NCBI GenBank assembly: GCA_049325335.1
Contig: JBMOMC010000001.1
Coordinates: 256,001-320,000 of the forward strand
Reading direction: 5' to 3'
From: Nitrospirota bacterium
Lineage (GTDB): Bacteria > Nitrospirota > Nitrospiria > 2-01-FULL-66-17
Length of the DNA: 64,000 nucleotides
Position 1 is the stretch's first letter; every line of letters begins with the position of its first letter. Made by a program: the position numbers and the translations under genes. The notes beneath the pieces are model-generated. The model made no database searches. It saw only the letters and a program-made list of their open reading frames with translations, and was not told where the DNA came from. This document shows positions 37,557 to 47,705 of the stretch, one piece after another.

Positions 37557-38654
37557 GTGGCGCTCACCCTGAGCGCCACGCTCGCGGTGGCTTCTCCGGC
37601 CACCGCAACCGCAGCCTCATTTACCGCCTCGTCCGTCCTCGGTGTCGACTCGAATGTTTTTCTAAGCGATGTGAATCCTTCCACGAACCAACAAGCCCGG
37701 AGTTCGATGTTCACTCAGACGACCCTCGGCGGAGAGCTTGGGACCGACTCATCGCGAGGACACCGGGTCGGATGGTCGTTTCAGGGTGTACAAAAACACT
37801 ACTTCCAGTATGGGGAGGCGGACAAACTGTTTGCAGAGTCCGCACTCGCGTATCGTTACGCCATCGCGTCGTCGCTGCTGGTGGGCGTGGTCCAGACCGT
37901 CTCCTACGCCAGATTGCAATTACTTGACACTGAGGGGAACACGCTGCCGCGAGACCGCTTTATTGCCTACAGCGGTGATGTACGAGGCTACACACAGTGG
38001 CTGGTATCGCAGTCGCGGTTGACGGTCGGCGCCGGATTGCGCAAAAAGGACATCAACGAGGTCCCCAATATCCCACCCACCATCAACCAGTCACTGGACC
38101 ATCAAGGCTATTTCCTCTACGTCGACGGCGCGCATCGACGGGGCTTCGTGGACGCTGGAGCAGGTTACGAATACGGGGTCTTCCATTATGACGAACTGCA
38201 AGCGCGGGCACGGGACAGCTCAGACCCGCCGACATCGAATCCGGCCCTCGCGCTCATTCAGCACACCGCGCGGTCCAAACTGGCTGTCCGACTGGCTCGC
38301 ACCGCTCGACTGTCGCTAGATGGACAGGCACGGTTGACGAACGACCCATTTGACGGCGAGCTGACGTATCGGCAATACGACATACTGCCGCGCGTGGAGA
38401 TCCGCCTTCCGTTGAATTTGTTGTTCGGCGGCGGAGCGGGGTACCGGACCCGAGTATACGCCAAGCGCCAAGTTCCCACCACGACTGACCGACGCCGCGA
38501 GCGGTTCCTCCAGGCCGACGCTTCCCTTCGCCGCCCGTGGAACGATTATTGTTCCGTCTTCGCCCAGGCCCAGTTTATCCGCAAGACCAGCAACGCGCCC
38601 GGAGATGAATTCCGGTCCCAAGTTTACGCGCTCGGAGTTTCTCTAAACTTCTAG
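37557..38654 (+). CDS. Outer-membrane beta-barrel protein
   Basis: Signal peptide; GVDSNVF; alternating aromatic beta-strands; ends LGVSLNF. True start may be about 30 nt upstream. Confidence 0.78.
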   Translation: MALTLSATLAVASPATATAASFTASSVLGVDSNVFLSDVNPSTNQQARSSMFTQTTLGGELGTDSSRGHRVGWSFQGVQKHYFQYGEADKLFAESALAYRYAIASSLLVGVVQTVSYARLQLLDTEGNTLPRDRFIAYSGDVRGYTQWLVSQSRLTVGAGLRKKDINEVPNIPPTINQSLDHQGYFLYVDGAHRRGFVDAGAGYEYGVFHYDELQARARDSSDPPTSNPALALIQHTARSKLAVRLARTARLSLDGQARLTNDPFDGELTYRQYDILPRVEIRLPLNLLFGGGAGYRTRVYAKRQVPTTTDRRRERFLQADASLRRPWNDYCSVFAQAQFIRKTSNAPGDEFRSQVYALGVSLNF

Positions 38655-38724
38655 CAGGCCTATCGACCCCGTAACGCGGATGGAGTAACGATCCTCTTCC
38701 GAACGTCCAGTGACCTACCGTACC

Positions 38725-39339
38725 TTACCAAGGTTCCGGCTCCAGACTCGCCCACAGATAACACGTTGCCACCGACCGATACGGTTGCCACGGAGCGGCG
38801 AGGCGCTCGATCCTCTCGGGTGCCGGGGGCGTCCTGAAGCGGTACGCGCGCCGCACGGCGTTGCGAAAGCCCAGGTCGTAGACCGGCAGCACGTCGGGAC
38901 GGCGCAGGCAGAAGATCAGGAACATCTCCACGGTCCAGCGCCCAATGCCTTTGACTTGGGTCAGGGTCGTGGTCACCTGCTCGTCGTCCAGATCGTGGAT
39001 GCCGGTCAGATCGAACAATCTTTCATCCACGTGGCGGGCCAGACCGAGCAAGTACTCGGTCTTCTGGCGGGACAAGCCGACGGCGCGCAATGAGTCCTGG
39101 GGCGTTCCCAACAACTGTTTTGGAGTCAGCCCCCCGGGATATTGATCGAGCAGGCGCTTGAGAACGGCGCGCGCCGCGGCCACCGACACCTGCTGCGCGA
39201 TAATGGCCTCCACCAACGCGAGAAACCGATCATCACGATAGCGGATCTTGTAGACGCCGACCTGTTCGATCACCCCGCGGAGAACGGGATCAACCCGGGT
39301 GAGATGGCGCCGCGCGGTCTGCAACTCGCGGTCGGTCAC
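38725..39339 (-). CDS. alkA: DNA-3-methyladenine glycosylase II family (HhH-GPD)
   Basis: AIIAQQVSVAAA, VGLSRQK, VKGIGRWTVEMFLIF..RPDVLP..D, WQPYRS. Confidence 0.9.
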   Translation of the reverse strand: MTDRELQTARRHLTRVDPVLRGVIEQVGVYKIRYRDDRFLALVEAIIAQQVSVAAARAVLKRLLDQYPGGLTPKQLLGTPQDSLRAVGLSRQKTEYLLGLARHVDERLFDLTGIHDLDDEQVTTTLTQVKGIGRWTVEMFLIFCLRRPDVLPVYDLGFRNAVRRAYRFRTPPAPERIERLAAPWQPYRSVATCYLWASLEPEPW

Positions 39340-39341
39340 GT

Positions 39342-39902
39342 TTATAACCCGCGCTCGAGATGGAATTTCAGCTCGTTGAGGCTTTCCTCATGGTGGGTCG
39401 TGACGATCGATCCGACCACCGCGGCCATGAGGTTGGCCCAAAGACCGTTCAGCGTGTGGGACTCCGTCCACGCCACGCGCACCGACCGGCCGTCGTTGCT
39501 CGGCGTCAACGCAATCACGGACTGCACCCCGTGTTGCGGTCCGCCCAGCACCTGATACCGCAGCCGCACGTCCGGAACGACCTCGACGAGCTGGAGGCTC
39601 ATCTCCCATCCCTGGAATCCGTTGGACACCAACACGTCGGCCAGACTTCCCACCGTGCGACCGTCACCTCTGACGAGCGCGACCTGCTCGAGTCCCCGAA
39701 CCCAGTCCGTCCACTGGTCAAGGCTCCCGACTTTGGCCCACGTCTTCTCCGGAGCGGCCAGAATAGTGACCTCGGCGGACACCACATACGTCGGCTCCAA
39801 CAGGAGCTTGGCCGCCGCCAAGACGATCACCGCCAGTGCCCCCGTCCAACCCGCGAACCGCAACAAGGCGCGCATCCTACGTGTCCTTCCCGGAATCACC
39901 AT
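39342..39902 (-). CDS. SRPBCC/START-like family protein with N-terminal TM
   Basis: VSAEVTILAAPEKTWAKV..W..W pattern; C-terminal helix EESLNELK. Start uncertain. Confidence 0.7.
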   Translation of the reverse strand: MVIPGRTRRMRALLRFAGWTGALAVIVLAAAKLLLEPTYVVSAEVTILAAPEKTWAKVGSLDQWTDWVRGLEQVALVRGDGRTVGSLADVLVSNGFQGWEMSLQLVEVVPDVRLRYQVLGGPQHGVQSVIALTPSNDGRSVRVAWTESHTLNGLWANLMAAVVGSIVTTHHEESLNELKFHLERGL

Positions 39903-39945
39903 GCGCCGTCACGCCACGGACCTCCGCGTTTGCTATACTGCGCGC

Positions 39946-40353
39946 ATGGCATCCACCGCCCGCGGCATTCGCCTCCACCACGTGGCCGTGCAAACCGCGG
40001 ATTTGAGGCGCGCGCGGAATTTTTACGAGACCGTGCTGGGGTTCACGGTGCTCAAGACCGAACGAACCGCCAAGGGGCGAGACATCGTGTGGCTCGGATG
40101 CGGGGACTGCCGCATCGAGCTGTACGGCGCCAAGCCGGGTCAGACCCTGACGACCGGCTGGACCGCCGACCACGTGGGTCCGCTCGCCTTGGGGTTGCTG
40201 GTGGAGAACCTCGACGCCGAGGTCGAACGGCTCCGGACGCTACACGTGACCATTGCCAAACCGCCGTACGAGCCCGTGCCCGGGGAGCGCGCCGCCATGA
40301 TCGCGGGACCCGACGGCGAAGAAATCGTCCTGCTCGAACGCCCCGTCGGGTGA
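39946..40353 (+). CDS. VOC (glyoxalase/bleomycin resistance) family protein
   Basis: LHHVAVQTADL..ARNFYETVLGF, RIELY, GPDGEEIVLLE. Confidence 0.9.
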   Translation: MASTARGIRLHHVAVQTADLRRARNFYETVLGFTVLKTERTAKGRDIVWLGCGDCRIELYGAKPGQTLTTGWTADHVGPLALGLLVENLDAEVERLRTLHVTIAKPPYEPVPGERAAMIAGPDGEEIVLLERPVG

Positions 40354-40365
40354 CCGGTTCGCCAT

Positions 40366-42339
40366 CTAACCGTCCACGGCGTTGAGCAATGTTTCGTACT
40401 GCTCCTGCAGTTCTCCCCACTCCGCGGTCAGTTCATCCACGGCCTTTTTCAGGCGCGCGTGATCGTCCATGGCGGCAAAAAATTTCCCCTTATCTTCATA
40501 CGTGGCGGGGTCGGCGAGCATGGCGGTGAGCCGCTCCAAGTCCTTGCCCTTGTCCGCGAGTTCGCGCTCCACCCGGTCAAGCCGAGTTTTAATCGGCTTG
40601 GTCTGCGCGGACCGACGGGCGCGCTCTTCCGCGTCGCGGCGGCGCTGCTCCTTGGACTTAAACCCGGCCCGTTCCGGTTCCGCCGTGTGGGGTTCCTCCT
40701 CCGGAGGCGACAGAGCGGCCTGCGCCGCGATTTCAGCCTGCTGTCGCGCTTTTTTCTCCAGGTAATACTCGTACCCGTCCGGATACACGACCGCGGTTCC
40801 GTCGCGAACGTCCAACACCGTGTTGGCCACCGACTGGATGAAGTGCCGGTCGTGCGTGATGAAACAGATCGTGCCGGCGTACTCCAACAACGCGGACTCC
40901 AGCACGTCGCGCGAGGGAATGTCCAGGTGGTTGGTGGGCTCGTCCAGCAGCAGGAAATTCGCCGGACGCACCAACATCTTGGCTAACGCGAGACGGCTCT
41001 TCTCCCCGCCGGAGAGCACGGCCACGCGTTTTTTCACCTCGTCGCCGGAAAATAAAAACGCGCCGAGGATCCCGCGCAGAAACGGCAACTCCTGATCCGG
41101 CGCCGCCGAAATCATCTCGTCCAGCACAGTGGCTTTGGGGTCGAGCGCTTCAAGCTGGTGTTGCGCGTAGTAGGCTACGGTGACGTTCTGGCCGTATTCC
41201 ACGGTTCCCGCATCCGGGGTAAGGACGCCGGCCAGCATCTTGAGCAATGTGGACTTGCCCGCGCCGTTGGGTCCCACCAGCGCGACCCGCTGACCCCGCG
41301 TCACGATCAGATCCAATCGGTCATAGATCACCCGACCCGGGTAGGCTTTGCGGATGCCTTCCAACACCGCCACCTCCCGGCCGCTCCGCGGCGGCTGGGG
41401 GAATCCGAACCGGACGCGCTTTCGCTCCGGGGAAATTTTGATCCGGTCCATCTTATCGAGCATTTTGACCCGGCTTTGCACCTGACGGGCCTTGGTCGCT
41501 TTGTACCGAAACCGTTCGACGAACTGCTGGATCTCCTGAATGCGTTTTTGCTGGTTGGCGTACGAGGCCATCAAGATCTCGCGCGCCGCAGCGCGGGCTT
41601 CAACGTACTCGTCATAGGTGCCGGGGTACGAGAGCAACTGGCCCTGCTCCACTTCCACCACCCGCGACACCAAGTGGTTCATGAATTCCCGGTCGTGCGA
41701 AATGAGCACCACTGAGCCGGCGTACTCGCGCAAGAAGCCTTCCAGCCAAATGACCGACTCCAGATCCAGGTGATTGGTGGGCTCGTCGAGCAGCAAGAGA
41801 TCGGGATTCTGCAACAGCAATTTGGCCAATGCCACGCGCATCAACCAGCCGCCGGACAGGTGGTCGGTCGGCTTCTCAAACGCCTCCACCCGAAACCCGA
41901 GCCCGCTCAGAATCTCCCGCGCCTGCGTCTCCACGTTGTACCCGCCCACGGCCTCGTACCGGTGCTGCAGTTCGCCGTACTCGGTCAGCAGGGATTCGAG
42001 TTCATCGCCCGACGCTTTGGCCATTTCCTGTTGCAGCACGCGCATCCGGTGTTCCATACTGGTCGCGCCGGCCGCGGCCGAGAGCACTTCCTGGAGAATC
42101 GTTTTACCCTTGAGCTCGATGATCTCCTGCGGCAAATACCCGATCACCACGCCCTTTTGGGTCTGGACCTGCCCGCTGTCGGGCGACAGACGGTCGGCGA
42201 TCATTTCGAACAACGTGGTCTTGCCCGCGCCGTTGGGGCCGACCAACGCCACGCGCTCACGGGCGCCCACCTGCAACGAGGCGCCGTCAAAGAGCACGCG
42301 GCTTCCGTAGGCTTTGCGGATTTCGTGAAGCGTCAGCAT
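40366..42339 (-). CDS. ABC-F family ATPase (YheS/Uup-like)
   Basis: Two ABC domains ([14 protein letters not shown] and [15 protein letters not shown]); linker [14 protein letters not shown]; coiled-coil C-terminus. Confidence 0.94.
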   Translation of the reverse strand: MLTLHEIRKAYGSRVLFDGASLQVGARERVALVGPNGAGKTTLFEMIADRLSPDSGQVQTQKGVVIGYLPQEIIELKGKTILQEVLSAAAGATSMEHRMRVLQQEMAKASGDELESLLTEYGELQHRYEAVGGYNVETQAREILSGLGFRVEAFEKPTDHLSGGWLMRVALAKLLLQNPDLLLLDEPTNHLDLESVIWLEGFLREYAGSVVLISHDREFMNHLVSRVVEVEQGQLLSYPGTYDEYVEARAAAREILMASYANQQKRIQEIQQFVERFRYKATKARQVQSRVKMLDKMDRIKISPERKRVRFGFPQPPRSGREVAVLEGIRKAYPGRVIYDRLDLIVTRGQRVALVGPNGAGKSTLLKMLAGVLTPDAGTVEYGQNVTVAYYAQHQLEALDPKATVLDEMISAAPDQELPFLRGILGAFLFSGDEVKKRVAVLSGGEKSRLALAKMLVRPANFLLLDEPTNHLDIPSRDVLESALLEYAGTICFITHDRHFIQSVANTVLDVRDGTAVVYPDGYEYYLEKKARQQAEIAAQAALSPPEEEPHTAEPERAGFKSKEQRRRDAEERARRSAQTKPIKTRLDRVERELADKGKDLERLTAMLADPATYEDKGKFFAAMDDHARLKKAVDELTAEWGELQEQYETLLNAVDG

Positions 42340-42385
42340 GGAATAGCAGTATACGGAAGGCGTCAGGAACGCCGCAAGCGCCTGC

Positions 42386-43576
42386 TCATCGCCCGGCAAC
42401 GTACCGGCGGCCCCGCCACACCAGGCCCCCGCCGAGGCGCGCGCGCCAGGTGCTGTTGAGCGCAATGGCCGCGACCACCACCGCACCCAACGGGATGGCC
42501 AGCGCCCACGCCCGTCCAATTCCGAGCCTCCGGCACAGCGAGCCCCACGCAGCGACGAACGCCGCCGACACGCCGTACGTCGCCAGCGCGACCGCCGGAT
42601 GGGGTGGTGTCAGCATGACCCAGAACGGCAGCGCGATCGGAAGGATGAAGGTGGAGACGAGGTAGCCCCACAAGAGCCCCAACACCACCAGGGGCCGATC
42701 GTTCACGATGACCCGTTCCCTCCGTCCCACCCGAATCCGCACGGGCAGGTGCAAACCTGCATACAGGTTCTTGGACCATCCGCGCCACAGCTCTGCGAAC
42801 GAGTGGTACATCCGGATCGACAACAGGTCGCCCCCGTCCGCGAGCCAGAGCGCTCCTCCCGCGCGTTTGACCGAGTCGGCCAGCGCATAATCGTCCACGA
42901 TCCGGTCGCGAATGGTTTGGTGGCCGCCCGCCGCGTCGTACGCTGATCGACGCACCAGCAGGAACGCGCCGACTCCCATGCTCTGCGGATCAGCGGGGTC
43001 GTTTACCCGGGTGAAACTCACGCCGTAAAAGATCACCGCCGCCATCACGGGTTGCACCGCGCGTTCCCAAAAACTCCCCAGTTCCGTGGCCGGGATCAAC
43101 GTCACCAGGTCCACGCCGCGACGTTCAAGCTCCGCAACGGCCGAGACCAGCGCGGCGGGGGCGAACCGGACGTCCGCGTCCGCAAACAGCAGCAGCGGAT
43201 GGGTCGCGTGAGCCGCGCCATACGCTTGAGCGTGGGGTTTACCGCACCAGCCGTCGGGGAGCGTGGGCGCCGCCAACGCGCGCACCCTGGGGTCACCGGC
43301 CGCGTACCGTCGGGCGATCGCCGCGGTCTCATCCACGGAGTGATCGTCCACAATCAGGACCTCCAAAGTCACCCCCCGTTGCCGCTGCAACGATTCGATG
43401 GTCGCGCCCAGATCCCGCGCCTCGTTGCGCGCCGGAATGATGACCGACACGGCGTCGGAGCGGATCGCGGACGCGGTGGCCGCCAGGCGGACGTACCCCT
43501 CGAGACACCGGCGGTAGTGGCCGAGGAGGTGGAGTCCGTGCCCAACCAACAGAACGAACGCAAGGACGACGAGCAC
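42386..43576 (-). CDS. Glycosyltransferase family 2 (CrtQ/HpnB-like)
   Basis: [45 protein letters not shown]-terminal TM helices. Confidence 0.88.
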   Translation of the reverse strand: MLVVLAFVLLVGHGLHLLGHYRRCLEGYVRLAATASAIRSDAVSVIIPARNEARDLGATIESLQRQRGVTLEVLIVDDHSVDETAAIARRYAAGDPRVRALAAPTLPDGWCGKPHAQAYGAAHATHPLLLFADADVRFAPAALVSAVAELERRGVDLVTLIPATELGSFWERAVQPVMAAVIFYGVSFTRVNDPADPQSMGVGAFLLVRRSAYDAAGGHQTIRDRIVDDYALADSVKRAGGALWLADGGDLLSIRMYHSFAELWRGWSKNLYAGLHLPVRIRVGRRERVIVNDRPLVVLGLLWGYLVSTFILPIALPFWVMLTPPHPAVALATYGVSAAFVAAWGSLCRRLGIGRAWALAIPLGAVVVAAIALNSTWRARLGGGLVWRGRRYVAGR

Positions 43577-43588
43577 GGAGGGACGACG

Positions 43589-44662
43589 CTACGACGCGAG
43601 GCGCTTGCGGATGCGGTCGCGACCGTTCCGAGCGCTTCTGAGCCGCCGCAGCGCGTCGTAATGCTCGCGTTCGGCCTCGGAGGCGTCGGCGGGCGTCACG
43701 ACCTGCAGCTCCCAGTACAGGTCCCCCGCGCCGTTGCCCGCGGATTTCGGCAACCCTTTGCCTTTGAGCCGCAATTTTCGCCCGTTCTGAGAATTGGGCG
43801 GCACACGCAGCATCACCGACCCGGAGGGCGTGGGGACGGACACGTCCGCGCCCAACACGGCTTCGTCGTCCCACACCGGGAGCTGACCGAACAGATCGTA
43901 ACCGTCAGCGCGAAAGGTCGGGTGCGGCTGGAGTTTGACCCGCAAGTACAAGTCGCCAGCCCGCCCGCCGTGCGCGCCCCGTCCGCCTAAACCAGCCAAG
44001 CGGATCTTTGATCCATCTTTGAGACCTTTGGGAATCGTGACCTCGATGGTCTGGGCGCGCGCAACCTGCCCATGGCCGTGACACACGGGGCAGACCGTCG
44101 CGACAGTGCGGCGCCGGCCACCTCCGGTCGCGACCTGCGACACGCGACCAGCCCCGCCGCAGGAGGCGCACGTCTCGCCGACCGACAGCCTGACGCTGCG
44201 CTTACCGCCGGCCACCACGTCGTCGATCGTCAAGGGAAAGTCGGTCTCGGAATCCGCTCCCGGCTGCGCCGCCTCTCGCCCGAATCCCTCGCCCCCGAAC
44301 GGTTGGCCGCCGAAGAACGCGCGAAAGAAGTCGCTGAACCCTTCCGCTCCGGCGGCTTCGGCGCCAAATCCCTCGAACCCCTGGAAATCGGTCGCCCCCT
44401 GTTTTCGTGCATACTCCTGCTCCCGCAGGATCTGCTCCCAATTCGAGCCCAGCTCGTCATATTTCTTGCGCTTGCCCGCGTCGCCCAACACCTCATGGGC
44501 TTCGTTGATCTCTTTGAAACGGTCTTCGGCCTTCTTGTCCCCGGGATTGACATCCGGATGGTATTTGCGAGCGAGCTTTCGGTACGCGGACTTGATGGCG
44601 TCCGCCGAAGCACTGCGGTCAACACCCAACACGCGGTAATAGTCTTTGAAATCCATCGGCAA
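43589..44662 (-). CDS. DnaJ-class co-chaperone (CbpA-like) with half zinc finger
   Basis: [16 protein letters not shown]-domain; [13 protein letters not shown] and CPVCHGHG; C-terminal DnaJ domain. Confidence 0.92.
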   Translation of the reverse strand: MPMDFKDYYRVLGVDRSASADAIKSAYRKLARKYHPDVNPGDKKAEDRFKEINEAHEVLGDAGKRKKYDELGSNWEQILREQEYARKQGATDFQGFEGFGAEAAGAEGFSDFFRAFFGGQPFGGEGFGREAAQPGADSETDFPLTIDDVVAGGKRSVRLSVGETCASCGGAGRVSQVATGGGRRRTVATVCPVCHGHGQVARAQTIEVTIPKGLKDGSKIRLAGLGGRGAHGGRAGDLYLRVKLQPHPTFRADGYDLFGQLPVWDDEAVLGADVSVPTPSGSVMLRVPPNSQNGRKLRLKGKGLPKSAGNGAGDLYWELQVVTPADASEAEREHYDALRRLRSARNGRDRIRKRLAS

Positions 44663-44770
44663 ACAGTCGCGGTAGCCGGATCATACCACACTCGGCTGTT
44701 CGGAAAATGCGCGACGAACCGCGAGAAAAGGCTTTCCGACGCCGCAAATCATGCCGTATAATTTGGTGAT

Positions 44771-45022
44771 ATGAGCGGTTCCACCCCGACCCATTGCGAA
44801 GAACGCGACGTACTGCATATGGACTACCGCTCCGGCCTGGTGCGCGCCATCGGCCGCGTGGTGGAACGCCGACGTCGCGAACGCGGCCGCAACTACCTGG
44901 ACCTGCTCAGAAAGGCGCGGTTGCGGTACGGCCGCCCCCCGCACGATATCGGCGCGATCTTCCTGGGCCCGGTGAGCGCACGGCTTCGCACGCCCCCGCC
45001 GCCGCGGTTTCGACTCGTGTAG
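44771..45022 (+). CDS. Small basic hypothetical protein
   Basis: TATAAT 8 nt before ATG; Arg-rich helix; codon style matches neighbours; directly upstream of the bEBP gene. Confidence 0.55.
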   Translation: MSGSTPTHCEERDVLHMDYRSGLVRAIGRVVERRRRERGRNYLDLLRKARLRYGRPPHDIGAIFLGPVSARLRTPPPPRFRLV

Positions 45023-45069
45023 GGCGCATTGCCCGATCACCCGTGTCCGACTTATACTCCGTCGGACGT

Positions 45070-46530
45070 ATGACCTCCGACTCGACACACCCCATCAGGC
45101 GCCCCCTCAGCGGGCTGCTCCCCCTCGAACCGGATCTGGTGGTCACGCGTCGGCCCGGAGAGTCGCCCACGATCGCCCAGGCCGCGCCGTGGGTGGCGGC
45201 TCGTCTGGGGCGGGAAGCGCGCGATCTCGTCGGGCAATCTCTTGCATCGGTAGAGCACGGCCTGCCCGGGCTCTCGTCCGTGGTGGATGCCGTGTTCAGC
45301 CACGGCGGTCCCGCGGTTTCGGGACGGACCACCGGACTTCAAGCACCTGACGCACCGGCATTGGTGGGCGCGTTGATGGAGTCTCCGGATGGAGACGGAC
45401 GCACGGCCGTTTCCATCCAGGTGTTGACGCGAGACGGAGACGCGGGGCTTCGCGCCGCGCACGCGTTTAACGGCCTGATCGGACACGGATCCGCGATGCG
45501 GGACGTGTTCGCCCGCATCGAACGCTACGCCGCGTCGCCGGCCCCTGTCTTGCTCACCGGGGAAAGCGGGACGGGCAAGGAATTGGTCGCCCGCGCCCTC
45601 CATGAAGGCGGCCCTCGCCGACGCGGCCCGTTCGTGCCGGTCAATTGCGCCGCGTTGTCTCACGAGTTGATCGAATCGGAGTTATTCGGCCACGAAAAAG
45701 GCTCGTTCACCGGAGCGGTTTCGGCTCACCGCGGACGGTTCGAACGCGCGCACGGCGGCACACTCTTTCTCGACGAAATCGGCGACATGCCGCGCAAGAG
45801 CCAAACCAAACTGCTCCGCGTGTTGGAAGACGGCGCGGTCGAACGCGTGGGCGCTGAACGCGCCACCCCGGTCGACGTCCGGGTGGTGGTGGCCACCAAT
45901 GTCCCGCTGGAACGCCACGTCACGGAGCGCCGATTCCGCGAAGATCTTTACTTTCGTCTGTCCGTGTTGCGTTTGCACTTGCCGCCGGTGAGGGAACGGC
46001 CGGAAGACCTCCCGCTCCTGATCGCCTACTTTCTGTCGGTGTTCGCCAACCAATACGGCAGACCGCTCCTGCGCCTGACGCCCGGCGCGCTGCACACCCT
46101 CATCTCCTATTCGTGGCCCGGCAACGTGCGGGAGATCAAGAATGTGGTGGAACGGGTGGTGGTGGAAACGGCCGGAGACGCGATCGGGGAACGCGCGTTG
46201 GCCGATTGGATTCGTGAACGCGAGCGCCTGGCGCCCGGCGCGTGGGACGTAGAGGCAGGACGCCGTACCCGACTCGCCTCGACCCCGCTGGTGACCCCGT
46301 ATCGTCCGCCGCTTCTGCCCGCGCCGACGGGGCCCACGATCACCGCGCGATTCACCGACGTGTCCGAGACCACCCCCGCGTTGACCCAGGACACGGCGCT
46401 CGATGCCCTGAGAGCGTCCCGCGGCAACGTGACCCGAGCGGCCCAACGCCTCGGCGTTCATAAGGCCACGCTCTACCGTCGTCTTCGCGCGTGGGGATTG
46501 GGCCGGAAAGACTTCTCCTCCCCAACCTGA
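45070..46530 (+). CDS. sigma54-dependent enhancer-binding protein (degenerate PAS-like N-terminus, AAA+, Fis-HTH)
   Basis: [71 protein letters not shown]. Confidence 0.92.
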   Translation: MTSDSTHPIRRPLSGLLPLEPDLVVTRRPGESPTIAQAAPWVAARLGREARDLVGQSLASVEHGLPGLSSVVDAVFSHGGPAVSGRTTGLQAPDAPALVGALMESPDGDGRTAVSIQVLTRDGDAGLRAAHAFNGLIGHGSAMRDVFARIERYAASPAPVLLTGESGTGKELVARALHEGGPRRRGPFVPVNCAALSHELIESELFGHEKGSFTGAVSAHRGRFERAHGGTLFLDEIGDMPRKSQTKLLRVLEDGAVERVGAERATPVDVRVVVATNVPLERHVTERRFREDLYFRLSVLRLHLPPVRERPEDLPLLIAYFLSVFANQYGRPLLRLTPGALHTLISYSWPGNVREIKNVVERVVVETAGDAIGERALADWIRERERLAPGAWDVEAGRRTRLASTPLVTPYRPPLLPAPTGPTITARFTDVSETTPALTQDTALDALRASRGNVTRAAQRLGVHKATLYRRLRAWGLGRKDFSSPT

Positions 46531-46625
46531 CGCGGGTATCGTCCCCGCGACGTTGCGCGACGTCGCAATCGTGATCGCTCACCGGATTTCAGGCCGTCAT
46601 TCGCGTTCAGAAGGCCGCTTCGCCC

Positions 46626-46641
46626 CGGCCCATGTTTTGCT
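46626..46641 (+). promoter_or_regulatory. sigma54 (-24/-12) promoter of the hsp20 pair
   Basis: CGGCCCATGTTTTGCT has GG at 46627 and TTGC ending 46640, the canonical spacing; about 60 bp upstream of ATG 46703. Confidence 0.65.
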
Positions 46642-46702
46642 TATCACAAATAACGAATCTGGGCTGCGTCACATACCGATCAACCGGGAAAGGAGCACAC
46701 AC

Positions 46703-47158
46703 ATGTTGGACGTCTTTCGTGAAATGGAAACGTTGCGACGGGAAATGGATCGCCTGTTTGCCGGCGCGACCGCCGTGCCGCGTCGGGCCGCGTTTCTTCC
46801 GGGACGAGCCGCGGGGCAGTATCCCCTCATCAATACCCGCCAGGACCACGACAATTTGTACGTGGAGGCGTTGATGCCGGGAGTTGACCCTAAAACACTG
46901 GACGTTGCGGTGGTCCGCAACACCCTAACCATCTCGGGGGAAAAACCGCGCCGACCAGCAGGCACGCCGGACGTCACGGAAGAGGCCTATCACCGCAGCG
47001 AACGCGCGGCGGGCAGATTCAGCCGGTCCCTCGGACTGCCGGTCGAGGTGGACGACCAACGCGTGGGGGCGCGGTACGAACACGGCGTGCTCCATATCAC
47101 GTTGCCGAAATCCGAATCCGCCAAGCCGCGTCGCATCACCGTCGCGGTGGCGGCATAA
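46703..47158 (+). CDS. Small heat-shock protein Hsp20
   Basis: AAGGAG RBS; YPLIN, PGVDP, LTISGEK, ERAAGRFSRSL, YEHGVLHITLPK, PRRITV. Confidence 0.94.
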   Translation: MLDVFREMETLRREMDRLFAGATAVPRRAAFLPGRAAGQYPLINTRQDHDNLYVEALMPGVDPKTLDVAVVRNTLTISGEKPRRPAGTPDVTEEAYHRSERAAGRFSRSLGLPVEVDDQRVGARYEHGVLHITLPKSESAKPRRITVAVAA

Positions 47159-47200
47159 CTAAACCGGATCTCATCACGTCAGCAAGAAAGGAGACTGCCC

Positions 47201-47599
47201 ATGGCGGAACATACGGTTCCGGTCACAACCGAGACTAAGGGGATCACCACACAGGAAGAACTGCGGGCGCCGGAGCGGCACCTCACTCCAGCAGTGGACA
47301 TCTTCGAGACCTCCAACGGGCTCGTGGTGGTCGCGGACCTTCCGGGGGTTCACCAGGACGGACTGGACCTTCGCGTAGACGACGACGTCTTGACCATTCA
47401 AGGGCGCCCGCGCGTGGACTCATCCGGCGAGGACCAGTATCACGAATACACGCTCCATCCGTTCTTCCGTCAGTTCGAACTGACGGAGGCGGTGGACCAA
47501 GGCAACATCGCGGCCCATCTTCAGCACGGCGTGTTGACCCTCACGTTGCCCAAGACGGAAAAGGCCAAACCGCGACGGATTCCGGTACAGTTCGGTTGA
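47201..47599 (+). CDS. Small heat-shock protein Hsp20
   Basis: AAGGAG RBS; PAVDIFE, ADLPGV, FFRQFEL, HGVLTLTLPK, PRRIPV. Confidence 0.94.
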   Translation: MAEHTVPVTTETKGITTQEELRAPERHLTPAVDIFETSNGLVVVADLPGVHQDGLDLRVDDDVLTIQGRPRVDSSGEDQYHEYTLHPFFRQFELTEAVDQGNIAAHLQHGVLTLTLPKTEKAKPRRIPVQFG

Positions 47600-47604
47600 C
47601 CGCT

Positions 47605-47640
47605 GCCGGCCCGGCGACCGATGTCGCCGGGCCGGCTTTG
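47605..47640 (+). terminator. Intrinsic terminator after the hsp20 pair
   Basis: GCCGGCCCGGCGAC-CGAT-GTCGCCGGGCCGGC followed by TTTG. Confidence 0.8.
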
Positions 47641-47705
47641 AGTTTCTCCCCGACTTTCTGGTACAGTGTGCGCGGCGCTATCCCTTAAACGCATAGCGCC
47701 CGCGT

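Noticed and set aside
44745..44757. Possible sigma54 promoter for dnaJ (minus strand GGCATGATTTGC)
   Set aside because: GG-to-GC spacing is 2 nt too short; a TG-n-TATGAT -10 near 44680-44690 explains the promoter better.
45690..45720. GSFTGA instead of GAFTGA as a sign of an inactive bEBP
   Set aside because: GSFTGA is a common variant retaining the sigma54-contacting F and T; Walker A/B and the R-finger region are intact.
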